Assembly: GCA_945861715.1 (NCBI GenBank)
Contig: CAMAVK010000001.1
Span: 458,908-522,907, forward strand
Origin: Candidatus Woesearchaeota archaeon
Lineage (GTDB): Archaea > Nanobdellota > Nanobdellia > Woesearchaeales > GW2011-AR9
DNA length: 64,000 bases
Reading direction: 5' to 3'
This document shows, one piece after another, positions 35,146 to 45,282 of this stretch (its first letter is position 1; every line of letters starts with the position of its first letter). The translations under genes and the position numbers were made by a program. The notes below the pieces were generated by a model. That model was not told the origin of the DNA. It saw only the letters and a list, made by a program, of their open reading frames with translations, and did no database searches.

Positions 35146-37638
35146 ATGACCAATAGTGTACTTGATGTTGATGAACAAAATCTTACTCCTGGGATGAAAC
35201 AATACAGGGAAGTAAAAGAAAAACATCCAGACTGTGTAGTCATGCTTCGCATGGGAGACTTCTTTGAAATGTTCTATGAAGACGCGGTCACTGCGTCAAG
35301 AGAGCTCGACATCACTTTAACATCCCGTGGTCAAGGTGAAAAACGCGCACCACTCGCAGGCATTCCCTTTCATGCTATTGAACCGTATCTAGGAAAACTT
35401 GTAAAGCGCGGCTACAAAGTTGCAATTGTAGAACAACTTGAAGATCCAAAAAAAGCCAAAGGTCTAATCAAGCGTGGAGTAGTGCGAATAGTTACCGCAG
35501 GAACTTTAGTTGAATCATCTCTTCTTACCGAAAAAGAAAATAACTATCTAGCAAGCATTGCAATTCACAACACAAGCGCAGCTCTTGCCATTGCTGACAT
35601 CTCAACAGGTGAGTTTCGAATCGAATCATTTTCAACATTATCAGACCTATTCGCATCCCTCACCCAAAATAATCCCTCAGAAATACTGCACGCGCACAGC
35701 TTAGCTGTAAACTCCGACATCATCGCCCGTCTGAAAATCATCGCTCCTCTTGAATCACTTGATGACCAACTTTACAAATATGACGCAGCAAAAAAAAGAA
35801 TCTGTGATTTCTTTAATCTAACTTCTCTAGATCCCTTTCAGCTTGAGAATCAAAAATTAGAAGTTGCGGCCGCCGCATCACTATTGAACTATCTCGAGAA
35901 AACCCACAAAACAAAACTAGTACACCTAACAAAAATAACCAGATCAAGTACCAAGCATATGATCATTGACGCAAATACCTTTCGCAGTTTAGAAATCACG
36001 AAATCCCTTAAAGACGGATCAAAAAAAGGCACGTTACTTGAAGTATTAGACGACACCAAAACAGCCCTCGGCGGACGCCTCTTGAACAAATGGCTCACAG
36101 CTCCCCTCCAAGATCAAATTCAAATGCAAGACCGCATCGCAGCCATTACTGATTTAAAGTCATCTTCTCTACGTCTCGCCCAACTCCAAAATACCCTCAA
36201 CACTATTCAAGATATCGAACGACTTCTATCGAAGGTACATACAGCCATTGCCACCCCAAAGGACATCTTAAGTTTACGTAACTCGCTGCGACCACTCCCA
36301 ATCCTCATAACTCAACTCTCACCAAAAACACTTCGTGCATTAAGATTAAAAGAAATCGCCACCTTAAATACTCACCACGAGTTGGTTCATTATCTCACAC
36401 AAGCAATGCGTGATGAAGCTCCGCACAGCACCCGTGAAGGTGACATCTTCAACTCAGAGTTTCACCAAGAACTCTCTAGTTTGAGAAACATCCGTGATCA
36501 CGCATCCGACATCATAACGAAAATTGAAGAAGCTGAAAAAAAGAAAACGGGAATTAATTCTCTCAAAGTAGGCTACACACGAATATTTGGGTACTACATC
36601 GAAATACCTCGAAAGAATACTCAACAAATCCCTACGACCTACATGCGAAAACAAACAACTGCCAACGCCGAAAGATACATAACTTCCGAATTAAAAGAAA
36701 TGGAAGACAAAGTTCTCAATGCTGATGAGAAAATAAAAGAGTTAGAATATACCCTCTTCCATGAACTTTTAAACAACATAAAATTTCATACTTCCGAGTT
36801 ACAAGAAACTGCCAAGCATATCGCAGAGCTCGACGTACTCTGCGCGCTCACCAGCGTCGCGATAAAAAATAATTATCATGCCCCAACACTATCCAACGAA
36901 AAAGATCTAATCCTTACCAACGCAAGACACCCCGTCGTAGAAACGCTTGCATCAAATTTCATCTCAAATAGTATCACGCTGCAAGACGGACATATGATGA
37001 TCATCACTGGACCAAACATGGCTGGTAAATCAACCATCATGCGACAGTGCGCATTAATAATCTACTTAGCTCATATTGGCTCCTACGTTCCAGCAACATC
37101 CGCAATCATCCCACTCACAGATAAAATATTTAGTCGAGTAGGAGCTCAAGACGATTTAGCAACAGGAAAATCAACCTTCTTAGTTGAAATGCATGAAACT
37201 GCACACATAGTAAACAACGCAACCGCCAATTCATTTATTATCCTTGACGAAATCGGAAGAGGAACAAGCACCTTTGATGGTGTCTCCATTGCGTGGAGTG
37301 TAGCTGAGTACATTCATAACCACATCCGCGCAAAAACCATGTTTGCCACACACTATCACATACTAAACAATCTCACTCAAACTCTTCCTCGAATTGAAAA
37401 CTTCAACATCGCAGTCGAAGAAAATCAAAAAGAAAATTCCATCACCTTCTTACACACATTAATCCCCGGCGGAACGGATCAAAGTTATGGGATTCACGTC
37501 GCAAAAATCGCAGGCATCCCCCAACAAATCCTCGAGCGTGCAACACAAATACAACAGACATTAGAAAAAGATGACAAAATGGTGCGTCTCCTTAAAGCGA
37601 AGCGACTCGACGACCAGAAATCAATAACTGAATTTTAA
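35146..37638 (+). CDS. mutS: DNA mismatch repair protein MutS (bacterial-type MutS1)
   Basis: Domain I mismatch-binding motif LTPGMKQYREVKEKHPDCVVMLRMGDFFEMFYEDA (Phe-x-Glu). Walker A ITGPNMAGKSTIMRQ. Walker B/ABC signature IILDEIGRGTSTFDG. HTH-like C-terminus. TAA stop. No mutL in the window. Confidence 0.88.
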   Translation: MTNSVLDVDEQNLTPGMKQYREVKEKHPDCVVMLRMGDFFEMFYEDAVTASRELDITLTSRGQGEKRAPLAGIPFHAIEPYLGKLVKRGYKVAIVEQLEDPKKAKGLIKRGVVRIVTAGTLVESSLLTEKENNYLASIAIHNTSAALAIADISTGEFRIESFSTLSDLFASLTQNNPSEILHAHSLAVNSDIIARLKIIAPLESLDDQLYKYDAAKKRICDFFNLTSLDPFQLENQKLEVAAAASLLNYLEKTHKTKLVHLTKITRSSTKHMIIDANTFRSLEITKSLKDGSKKGTLLEVLDDTKTALGGRLLNKWLTAPLQDQIQMQDRIAAITDLKSSSLRLAQLQNTLNTIQDIERLLSKVHTAIATPKDILSLRNSLRPLPILITQLSPKTLRALRLKEIATLNTHHELVHYLTQAMRDEAPHSTREGDIFNSEFHQELSSLRNIRDHASDIITKIEEAEKKKTGINSLKVGYTRIFGYYIEIPRKNTQQIPTTYMRKQTTANAERYITSELKEMEDKVLNADEKIKELEYTLFHELLNNIKFHTSELQETAKHIAELDVLCALTSVAIKNNYHAPTLSNEKDLILTNARHPVVETLASNFISNSITLQDGHMMIITGPNMAGKSTIMRQCALIIYLAHIGSYVPATSAIIPLTDKIFSRVGAQDDLATGKSTFLVEMHETAHIVNNATANSFIILDEIGRGTSTFDGVSIAWSVAEYIHNHIRAKTMFATHYHILNNLTQTLPRIENFNIAVEENQKENSITFLHTLIPGGTDQSYGIHVAKIAGIPQQILERATQIQQTLEKDDKMVRLLKAKRLDDQKSITEF

Positions 37639-37732
37639 ATGATTAGAAAATCACCACTAACTCCTATCTCCCCACCCCTTAAGCCCCTACTCCCTAAAAG
37701 ATAACTCCTTTACAGAAGTAACATTTAAATAA

Positions 37733-38113
37733 ATGGCCTACTTTTTAATAAGTATGAACACAATTGAATATACTCTTAAGTCGAATCCACACAAGCAAGT
37801 GGACGTCCCAACCCATTATGGTAAGCAGGCAGAGATTTTGGTAAATCTCGCTCTTGGTTTAGAAAGTCCTCATCAGTTAAGACAATCAATTTTTGAACAT
37901 CCCTATCTAGGTAACCAGGGCATCCTTCATAAAACGACAGAATTAATTGTAACACCACGTGGAATTCCCCTATCCATTCAGCTTCAAGACGAAGTTTACC
38001 TTCGAATTTGTGTATATGGCTGTGAAAAAATAGGCGGTTCTCATAGGGAAGAAACTGAGCAAATCAGCATTACACTTATGCAAATAATTAATTCACTATC
38101 TCATAATTTTTAG
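37733..38113 (+). CDS. Hypothetical protein (126 aa)
   Basis: ORF only. Confidence 0.25.
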   Translation: MAYFLISMNTIEYTLKSNPHKQVDVPTHYGKQAEILVNLALGLESPHQLRQSIFEHPYLGNQGILHKTTELIVTPRGIPLSIQLQDEVYLRICVYGCEKIGGSHREETEQISITLMQIINSLSHNF

Positions 38114-38191
38114 CGATAAATCATTGAGTGATAATTGTTGCTAGAATCAATATTACCAATTCATCATTAAGATAAAACAAATTTCCACCTC

Positions 38192-39274
38192 ATGATCTAC
38201 GCTACCCTCACCCAAGAAAACCGTACAGAGAACTCGTTTAGTTTAGAAGGAAACACTGCAATTGGTCGCAAGCTCCTTCCGGATAAGGACTTATTCGAGT
38301 TATGGGAACGAAGAATAACCTCTTCCAAGCACAAAAATAATGGTGCCACACGCATGGCGCCCATTTCAGTTACAGAATTACAACATCAATATTCTCAAAA
38401 AAATCTCGATCTCATAATCAGCGACAATATTGACGTATCGCGTCGTCATCTCCTATTTTGTGTGCCTAACTGGGGAATGAATGCCTATCACGTAATCGAT
38501 TTATTCAGTTATTATGGCACCACCGTAAACGGCGAAAACTTAACTCCTGCGGTGCCTAAAAAGGTAAGCCATGGTGATAGAATCACAATTCTAGGCAAAA
38601 CTGAAATCCCTTTTATATTCAAAGAAGTAGAACGCGTTACAAAGTATGAAGCAATTATTATCGCGAACCCAGACGGGACCTTAGACTGTAATGAGCCTAT
38701 CGCAGCGGAACTAGAAGATTTACTTCTCAAACGTAATTTCAAAGTAGACACATTAAAATCAAATGTTCAACTTAAACAAGTAACAAATAGTATAGCACAA
38801 AAAGCGAGATCATTACGGTCGCACGACTATTTATTATTTCTGTATCTTGGGCATGGATCAAAAAACGGCGAATTACGTTTTGCAGATAATGGTTTCGTGC
38901 ATGCCTCAAATTTATACTCCTCACTAAGTACTGTTCCCGCAAAAAAAATCATTTTATTAGATTGTTGTTATGGGAAGAATTTTCTCATTCCTGAGATTCC
39001 TCTGAACTCAGCTGTTGCCGTAAGTACATCGAGGCTAGATCTATCTTACACCAATACGTTTACCAAGGGATTAATTCGACGATTACAAGACCCGAGGGGG
39101 GGTTATTTTGAGCGTGTGATTGATGATGCTTGCCATTATGCCGAAGTAGAATTACGTCTATGTGGGATGGAACCCGGAACAAAAGCCTCAATGGTCACTT
39201 ATTTTAATACAGCAAGAGATGAAGATCGTGAACAAGCTCGCAAAGATATGAATAATTTTATTCATCAAAAATAA
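38192..39274 (+). CDS. FHA domain - caspase-like (peptidase C14, metacaspase/orthocaspase) fusion protein
   Basis: N-terminal FHA signatures: NTAIGRK, VSRRHLLF, GTTVNGENL, GDRITILG. C-terminal C14 catalytic dyad: His in LFLYLGHGSKNGELRF and Cys in KKIILLDCCYGKN (compare the DCCHSG of metacaspases). Confidence 0.65.
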   Translation: MIYATLTQENRTENSFSLEGNTAIGRKLLPDKDLFELWERRITSSKHKNNGATRMAPISVTELQHQYSQKNLDLIISDNIDVSRRHLLFCVPNWGMNAYHVIDLFSYYGTTVNGENLTPAVPKKVSHGDRITILGKTEIPFIFKEVERVTKYEAIIIANPDGTLDCNEPIAAELEDLLLKRNFKVDTLKSNVQLKQVTNSIAQKARSLRSHDYLLFLYLGHGSKNGELRFADNGFVHASNLYSSLSTVPAKKIILLDCCYGKNFLIPEIPLNSAVAVSTSRLDLSYTNTFTKGLIRRLQDPRGGYFERVIDDACHYAEVELRLCGMEPGTKASMVTYFNTARDEDREQARKDMNNFIHQK

Positions 39275-39488
39275 TTTTATCCTCATAAAGAAACGAATAA
39301 AATCAGCCCCTTTTGAAAAAAAGAAGAAAATATTTGGCAGTATAAGAAAGAAACGGGTTTAATCTCTCCTTTTTTGAAATCCATCATCCTTTTCAGCTAG
39401 AAAAACAAAAGGGAAAAGTTTTTAAGCGAATGGCATCTCAAAACGTAATTTTTCAAATATAATCATCAGAGGTCAAATCAAACTCAAC

Positions 39489-40040
39489 ATGAACGACAAC
39501 GGACAACATATATCATTAATTTGGCAAAATAACCCTAAAATCATCCTTCCTGAACTAAAAAATCAGTGGGAAACGGCAATTTCACATGCCACCTCACCTG
39601 AAATTCTTGCTAGATTAATTGGCTATGCAACCTTATGCGAACGAAATTTCAACGCTACTGAAGAATACGTACGAACGCATGACCTCACTCATCCGCGTGC
39701 CCTTGATGGAACAACTTTCATCACCGCTCCAACACTACTCAATTTATTTCCAAAGGATCAAAAACCAAATTACGAATCTCTCACCTCTACATATGGCGTA
39801 GGAAGTAATGGTGTGTGCGAAATGACTTTTATGATACTATCAAATCCATCAGGTGATGAAATGCATCTAGAAGCTCGTTTACAGTTTGACACGGATGCAA
39901 GAAATCTTCCATTGGAAGGAAGAGATCAACAGTATCGTGCACTTGCCTCAGTATTATTTGGGGAAAAACTTCCTCAGGCATTGTATACTCTACGAACCCC
40001 CCCCCCTCCGCCTACAAAAAAAAAACTTCTTGAAAGTTGA
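39489..40040 (+). CDS. Hypothetical protein ending in a poly-Pro/Lys tail
   Basis: ORF. C-terminus RTPPPPPTKKKLLES. Confidence 0.25.
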   Translation: MNDNGQHISLIWQNNPKIILPELKNQWETAISHATSPEILARLIGYATLCERNFNATEEYVRTHDLTHPRALDGTTFITAPTLLNLFPKDQKPNYESLTSTYGVGSNGVCEMTFMILSNPSGDEMHLEARLQFDTDARNLPLEGRDQQYRALASVLFGEKLPQALYTLRTPPPPPTKKKLLES

Positions 40041-40085
40041 CACAATTCGAAAACTATATAATACAAACAAACCATTCCACCACTG

Positions 40086-41330
40086 ATGATAGGTTTGGAT
40101 TTAGTGCAACGATTACTCATTGCCCTAGCTCTTGGAGCACTTATCGGACTCGAGCGAGAATACGCAACCAGTAAATCCCGAGTCAACGCCTATGCGGGTA
40201 TTCGTACATTCCCACTCATTGCCATGTTTGGCGTTCTCGCCGCATATTTTGGAGATCTCTACAGCCAATGGATATTTCTTGCTGCCATGCTTTTAATAGG
40301 ACTCCTTGTCATTACGGCATACTATCTCATCTCCGCACATTCACATCAAAATTACGGCGCAACATCAGAAATAGCCGGCTTACTAACCTTCTTCATTGGT
40401 GTTCTCGTCTATCAAAACGAAACCCTACTCGCAACTGTCATAACCATCATCATGACTGTCTTATTATATATGCGATCTGTCTTACACACCTTTGCTCATA
40501 AAATCCGCCAAGCTGAACTCACCGACACACTCAAATTTGCCATCATCGCATTTGTTATTCTTCCTTTCCTTCCGGACAAAGGATACGGTCCGCATGAAAT
40601 ATTCAATCCCTACCTTGCGTGGTTAATGGTCGTATTCATCTCCGGCATTTCCTTTGTAGGGTATTTTGCCATGAAATGGTTTGGTGAACGTGGCATTGCT
40701 TTAGCAGGAATCCTCGGCGGCCTCGTATCCAGTACTGCCGTAACAAGCAGTTTTGCGGATCGTAGCAAGAAAGAACAAAAAGTTTACTTAGCTCTCGTGC
40801 TTGGTGTCATCTTAGCTAATGTACTCATGTTTGGCCGAATAATCATAGAAGTATTTGTTCTAAATCCCCCGTTATTGCCCTATGTCATCGTACCTATTGG
40901 TCTCCTCGCTATTATCACTCTTATCTTTAGTTATTTCATTTGGGAAAAAGCAAAGAAAGTCAAAGGAAAAGTTCACCTCACATCGCCTTTCACCCTCACT
41001 CCCGCATTAAAATTTGGATTCATCTTTGCTGCGGTGCTCGCTTTAGCAAAACTAGCTGACATCTATCTCTCTTCAAAAGGAGTATACTTAGTAAGCATCA
41101 TCTCCGGAATTGCTGATGTCGATGCAATTACTGTCTCCCTCTCCCAACTTGGTGGAAAAAGCATGGCGCTTGAAACGGCAAGAAATGGAATAATCATGGC
41201 CGCCCTCACCAACGTCGCAGTAAAAGGAGGTATTGCCTTCTTTATGGGTGGAAAACAATTTGGAAGAATAATTGCTGGCTTTTATGCAATTCTTATCGTA
41301 CTAGGCGTAATATTTTTGCTAGTTTTCTAA
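40086..41330 (+). CDS. MgtC/SapB-family integral membrane protein with a DUF4010-like C-terminal half
   Basis: N-terminal MgtC signature LLIALALGALIGLEREYATSKSRVNAYAGIRTFPLIAMFGVLAAY. About 10 predicted TM helices. GTG/ATG start. Confidence 0.5.
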   Translation: MIGLDLVQRLLIALALGALIGLEREYATSKSRVNAYAGIRTFPLIAMFGVLAAYFGDLYSQWIFLAAMLLIGLLVITAYYLISAHSHQNYGATSEIAGLLTFFIGVLVYQNETLLATVITIIMTVLLYMRSVLHTFAHKIRQAELTDTLKFAIIAFVILPFLPDKGYGPHEIFNPYLAWLMVVFISGISFVGYFAMKWFGERGIALAGILGGLVSSTAVTSSFADRSKKEQKVYLALVLGVILANVLMFGRIIIEVFVLNPPLLPYVIVPIGLLAIITLIFSYFIWEKAKKVKGKVHLTSPFTLTPALKFGFIFAAVLALAKLADIYLSSKGVYLVSIISGIADVDAITVSLSQLGGKSMALETARNGIIMAALTNVAVKGGIAFFMGGKQFGRIIAGFYAILIVLGVIFLLVF

Positions 41331-41763
41331 CTCCTCTTGGTTCATTTGGAAACAAATTTCTACTTCTAGCATAACCTTCGAGTAAAAATTGTTGGCAATC
41401 CCGTAAAAATGGAGTATTCTTATACAGTCTCTCTTCTGCAAGAATGTTCTCGTATCGCATGCTATCCACGCGCTCATCCTCATTATTCATCGGTACTAAC
41501 CCATATAATAGGGCCTCAGGATATACAGAATGAATAACTCGTGCAACTTCTTCTGATAAATCAGAATATTCATCTGCAACAAAGAAATCAAGAAACCCTA
41601 TGTTCACTCCTCCTCTGCTACCAACCAAACTAAGTACGCTTTTATCATAGCCACAAATCAAATTCGCACCATCTGGGATTTTTTTCGATTCGACCATCTC
41701 TGTAAAGAATCGCTCAAACTCCAACGTGTCCTCTCGACAAGGGTCAAAATATAAAACCTGCAT
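41293..41763 (-). CDS. Hypothetical cytoplasmic protein (156 aa)
   Basis: ORF. Its 3' end overlaps the MgtC-like gene on the opposite strand by ~38 nt. Confidence 0.3.
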   Translation of the reverse strand: MQVLYFDPCREDTLEFERFFTEMVESKKIPDGANLICGYDKSVLSLVGSRGGVNIGFLDFFVADEYSDLSEEVARVIHSVYPEALLYGLVPMNNEDERVDSMRYENILAEERLYKNTPFLRDCQQFLLEGYARSRNLFPNEPRGVRKLAKILRLVR

Positions 41764-41915
41764 ACATCACTCCTTTGAAGTAGGTCCTTATATACTTTCT
41801 GAAACTAACCATTCATTTTAACTCTTCACCCCCACCTAACTAATCCCGCCTAACTCCATTCTACTCACTCAAGGTCACCTAAACACATATATATCACACA
41901 TCCTCTTTCAATAAA

Positions 41916-42359
41916 ATGGCATACGCTCGATACAAACAAAAATGTGCAATCTGCAAAACCAACATGGTTGAAATGTTTTCTGCTCGTCAATTTCCTATCT
42001 GTTCACCCTGTCAAATGAAACGTATTAATCAAGAGATAAAAGATCCAAAATTCAAAAAGTTTTTTGATATCGGCCAAGATCTCTATGAAAAATCCTCGTT
42101 CTTACGAAATATCAAAGAAGCATACTTGCGCTATGACTCATTAACTGAAAAACAAACCGAGGCATTTCTCAAGGCAGTTGAAGACGTCAAAAAACCACGC
42201 GAAGTAAAAGAGCCAAAGCCAATCGAGTTTGATGTACCAATTGATAGTAATATTTCGATGCGTGCTCAACGTGTTGCGAAAAAAGCTGCCACCGCCGCAA
42301 AGAAAGTCGCCAAAGCCGCAAAACTAGCCGAAGACAAAAAAGGAAAAGACGAAGAGTAG
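41916..42359 (+). CDS. Zinc-ribbon protein with a Lys/Ala-rich (histone-H1-like) C-terminal tail
   Basis: Zinc ribbon CAICKT...CSPCQM. Tail AQRVAKKAATAAKKVAKAAKLAEDKKGKDEE. Confidence 0.4.
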   Translation: MAYARYKQKCAICKTNMVEMFSARQFPICSPCQMKRINQEIKDPKFKKFFDIGQDLYEKSSFLRNIKEAYLRYDSLTEKQTEAFLKAVEDVKKPREVKEPKPIEFDVPIDSNISMRAQRVAKKAATAAKKVAKAAKLAEDKKGKDEE

Positions 42360-42432
42360 GTTCCTTCTCCACCCATACGGTCACTGGGCACCAAACATAA
42401 GTTTTATTAATCCCACACTGTCATTATCCTCC

Positions 42433-43632
42433 ATGAAAAAGGTGGTTGATGCTGTTATAATTATTATACTTCTATTATCACTCACATCCATCGCACTAGC
42501 TGACACCTATATCAGTGGAGTTTTTCCCACTATCAATAGTACCAACATCAACGCGTTTCAAGTCAATGGAAATGCAGCACAAACCGGAAGTGTACTCCGG
42601 CTTACTCCCGCGTCTAACAATCAAGCAGGTAGTGCATTTTGGAAATACAAAACGGATTTTCCTGCCAACCGCTCATTTGCAACTTATTTCTCATTTCAAA
42701 TAACAAGCACGGGTGGCGGCGGAGCTGACGGATTAGTCTTTGTCATACAACCCGATTCAAATACGGCTGGATCTTCAGGAGGCGGCCTTGGATTCTCCGG
42801 CATACCAAACGCATTTGGTGTCGAATTTGATACCTATCAAAACGGTGACTATGGTGATCCGAACGGGAATCACATTGGTATTGATTTAAGCCCGGGTGGT
42901 TTGGGCAGCGTTACTTCTGTAGCCACTGTTACCGTTGACTCAATCAACTCCTCGTGGTCTCTTGAAGATGGGGCAATATATCACACCTGGGTTGAATATA
43001 ACGGGAGTACCCAAAATATTACTATTCGCTTGAACCGCAACAACAATACTCGTCCAATAAATGCAGTATTAAATTACACCACAAACCTCTCCAATGTATT
43101 TGCACAGCAAGCGTACGTCGGCTTTACTGCTGCTACTGGCGGTGCCTACGAGAATCACGATATAAACAGCTTCTTCATAAATAATAACTATCTCTCTGAC
43201 GGAATAAACATTAATACGACCACTTATCAACCCTATGCATACAGGCTACTATTAAGCCAAAGTCATTTAAACGTCTCCGCCGATGGATACTCCGTCTCCG
43301 CTATAACCATCAACGCAACCGATCTTGATGGAAACTTATTACCCACTCAAAACATTTCTTTTACAACAACCTTGGGAAACATTATGCCTTTAGGGGATAA
43401 ATATGCTTCAAGTGGTTTAACTAATAGCACAGGTCAATTGTATCCAGTCTACGCTAGTTCCCATCTACCTGGAACCGCAACTATCACTGCCTCCGTCCCA
43501 GGTGGAGCATATAATATCACTACTGTGACTTTTTTAAATAGTGGTGCAACTGTTCCTGAGTTATCAACTATAGCTCTATTCCTCATCATCGCATCTGTTT
43601 TCTCTGGGTTCTTTTATATACGCACAAAATAA
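42433..43632 (+). CDS. Secreted surface protein with an N-terminal L-type (legume-lectin-like) lectin domain, a Big-like domain and a C-terminal TM anchor
   Basis: Signal peptide IIIILLLSLTSIALA. Legume-lectin signature blocks FQVNGNAAQTGSVLRLTP...NQAGSAFW...FATYFSFQITSTGGGGADGLVFVIQP...GGGLGFSGIPNAFGVEFDTYQNGDYGDPNGNHIGIDL. C-terminal ELSTIALFLIIASVFSGFFYIRTK. Confidence 0.65.
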   Translation: MKKVVDAVIIIILLLSLTSIALADTYISGVFPTINSTNINAFQVNGNAAQTGSVLRLTPASNNQAGSAFWKYKTDFPANRSFATYFSFQITSTGGGGADGLVFVIQPDSNTAGSSGGGLGFSGIPNAFGVEFDTYQNGDYGDPNGNHIGIDLSPGGLGSVTSVATVTVDSINSSWSLEDGAIYHTWVEYNGSTQNITIRLNRNNNTRPINAVLNYTTNLSNVFAQQAYVGFTAATGGAYENHDINSFFINNNYLSDGININTTTYQPYAYRLLLSQSHLNVSADGYSVSAITINATDLDGNLLPTQNISFTTTLGNIMPLGDKYASSGLTNSTGQLYPVYASSHLPGTATITASVPGGAYNITTVTFLNSGATVPELSTIALFLIIASVFSGFFYIRTK

Positions 43633-43767
43633 TTGACCTAGCATCCCAATCCCACTGTCTCATCCTCCCCGAAAACTTTATAAACAACCTACATTCTTGG
43701 TCCCTTACCGTTAAAACTACACACAGTATGCGTCATATTCTGCGTTCTGCCAATGTAGGAGGGAAAT

Positions 43768-44409
43768 ATGGAAAAAGCTGAAATTCAAAAAGCACTCAAG
43801 GAAGTAAACGCGCAACCAAAACGCAAGTTTGTACAATCCTATGAGTTAATAATTAATCTAAAAAACATTAACCTAAAACAAACATCTGTAGATTTCTCTG
43901 CAACACTTCATCACACAACAGGTCGAAAAGTAAAAGTATGTGCTTTTGTTGACAATGCACTTTTTGACCAAGCAACCAAATCCTGTGACAAAGTAATAAG
44001 AGATACTGAATTCGCTCTCTACCAGCAAGATAAAAAATTAGCAAAACAGTTAGCCCAAGAGTTTGATTATTTTGTAGCTCAATCAACTCTTATGGCTAAA
44101 GTTGCAGCTGCCTTTGGTAAAGCACTTGGAACCAGAGGAAAGATGCCAAACCCAAAAATGGGTTGCGTTGTACCACCAAACTCTGCTATGGAACCGCTTA
44201 TTAAAAGACTCAATACCACCGTAAGATTTGTTGCCAAAAAAGGTATGAATTTACAAGTACCAATTGGTAAAGAAAATCAATCAGAGGAAGAAGTAATCGA
44301 TAATATTTTTACTGCTGTTCAAACTGCAATAAAATCACTTCCAAACGAGTCCCAAAACATCAGAAACGTATTGCTCAAACCAACAATGGGCAAGCCGGTG
44401 AGGATCTAA
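43768..44409 (+). CDS. rpl1: 50S ribosomal protein L1 (uL1)
   Basis: AAAFGKALGTRGKMPNPKMG and the overall L1 fold pattern. GGAGG 8 nt upstream of the ATG. TAA stop. Confidence 0.88.
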   Translation: MEKAEIQKALKEVNAQPKRKFVQSYELIINLKNINLKQTSVDFSATLHHTTGRKVKVCAFVDNALFDQATKSCDKVIRDTEFALYQQDKKLAKQLAQEFDYFVAQSTLMAKVAAAFGKALGTRGKMPNPKMGCVVPPNSAMEPLIKRLNTTVRFVAKKGMNLQVPIGKENQSEEEVIDNIFTAVQTAIKSLPNESQNIRNVLLKPTMGKPVRI

Positions 44410-44410
44410 A

Positions 44411-45250
44411 ATGGTTAACGAGCAAAAGAAAACAATAGTTACCCAACTAGTCAGCGACATTAAATCATACCCTATTGTTGGATTAGTAAATATGTCCAGT
44501 CTTCCTGCACCACAATTACAAAAGATGCGTAGCGCCTTAAATGCTAAGGGTGTAAAAATCACCATGGCTCGAAAACGCATTTTAGAGCGTGCCTTAGGTG
44601 AATCCAAACGAAGCGGAATTGACTCACTCACCAAAATGCTTAAAGGAATGCCAGCCTTAATTTTTGCAAAAGACAATCCATTTGCGCTCTACGGCACACT
44701 TCAAAAGAGTAAATCTGAAGCACCTGCAAAAGCGGGCCAAATTGCTCCTCGAGATATCGTAGTAAAAGCTGGTGCAACAAACTTCTTACCAGGTCCAATC
44801 ATTTCCGAGTTAGCAGGAGTAGGAATCAAAACGAAGGTAGAAGGTGGAAAACTCGCAATCATCTCCGACACAACAGTAGCAAAAGAAGGTCAAATGATTA
44901 CTGGCAAACTTGCTGAGACCCTAAAACGACTTGACATCAAACCAATGGAAATTGGTCTTGACCTTGTTGCAGTATGGGAAAACGGCGAAGTCTTCGAAGG
45001 TAAAATCCTACATATTGATGAAGCAGAATTTGCAGCGAAACTTACACAAGCAGCATCATGGGCAGTTAATCTCTCCGTTGAAGCAGCATACCCAACTCAC
45101 GACACATCCGAAATCATCCTTCAGAAAGCATTCAGAGAGGCTAAAGCAGTTGCCATTGAGGGCGCTATCATCACTGAAGAAACCCGAGACGAGATCCTCG
45201 CCCGAGCCGATCGCCAAGCTCATAGTGTCCAAAAAGAGGCCAATCTCTAA
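44411..45250 (+). CDS. rpl10: 50S ribosomal protein L10 / acidic ribosomal protein P0 (uL10)
   Basis: N-terminus KKTIVTQLVSDIKSYPIVGLVNMSSLPAPQLQKMRSAL... typical of archaeal P0. Immediately follows rpl1. Confidence 0.85.
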   Translation: MVNEQKKTIVTQLVSDIKSYPIVGLVNMSSLPAPQLQKMRSALNAKGVKITMARKRILERALGESKRSGIDSLTKMLKGMPALIFAKDNPFALYGTLQKSKSEAPAKAGQIAPRDIVVKAGATNFLPGPIISELAGVGIKTKVEGGKLAIISDTTVAKEGQMITGKLAETLKRLDIKPMEIGLDLVAVWENGEVFEGKILHIDEAEFAAKLTQAASWAVNLSVEAAYPTHDTSEIILQKAFREAKAVAIEGAIITEETRDEILARADRQAHSVQKEANL

Positions 45251-45282
45251 TCAACTAAAACGAAATCACACGGAGGAAAAAA

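Noticed and set aside
43633-43767. Expected rpl11 (uL11) gene upstream of rpl1.
   Set aside because: The upstream gene is the lectin-domain surface protein. No L11-like ORF exists in any frame. The stalk operon here starts at L1.
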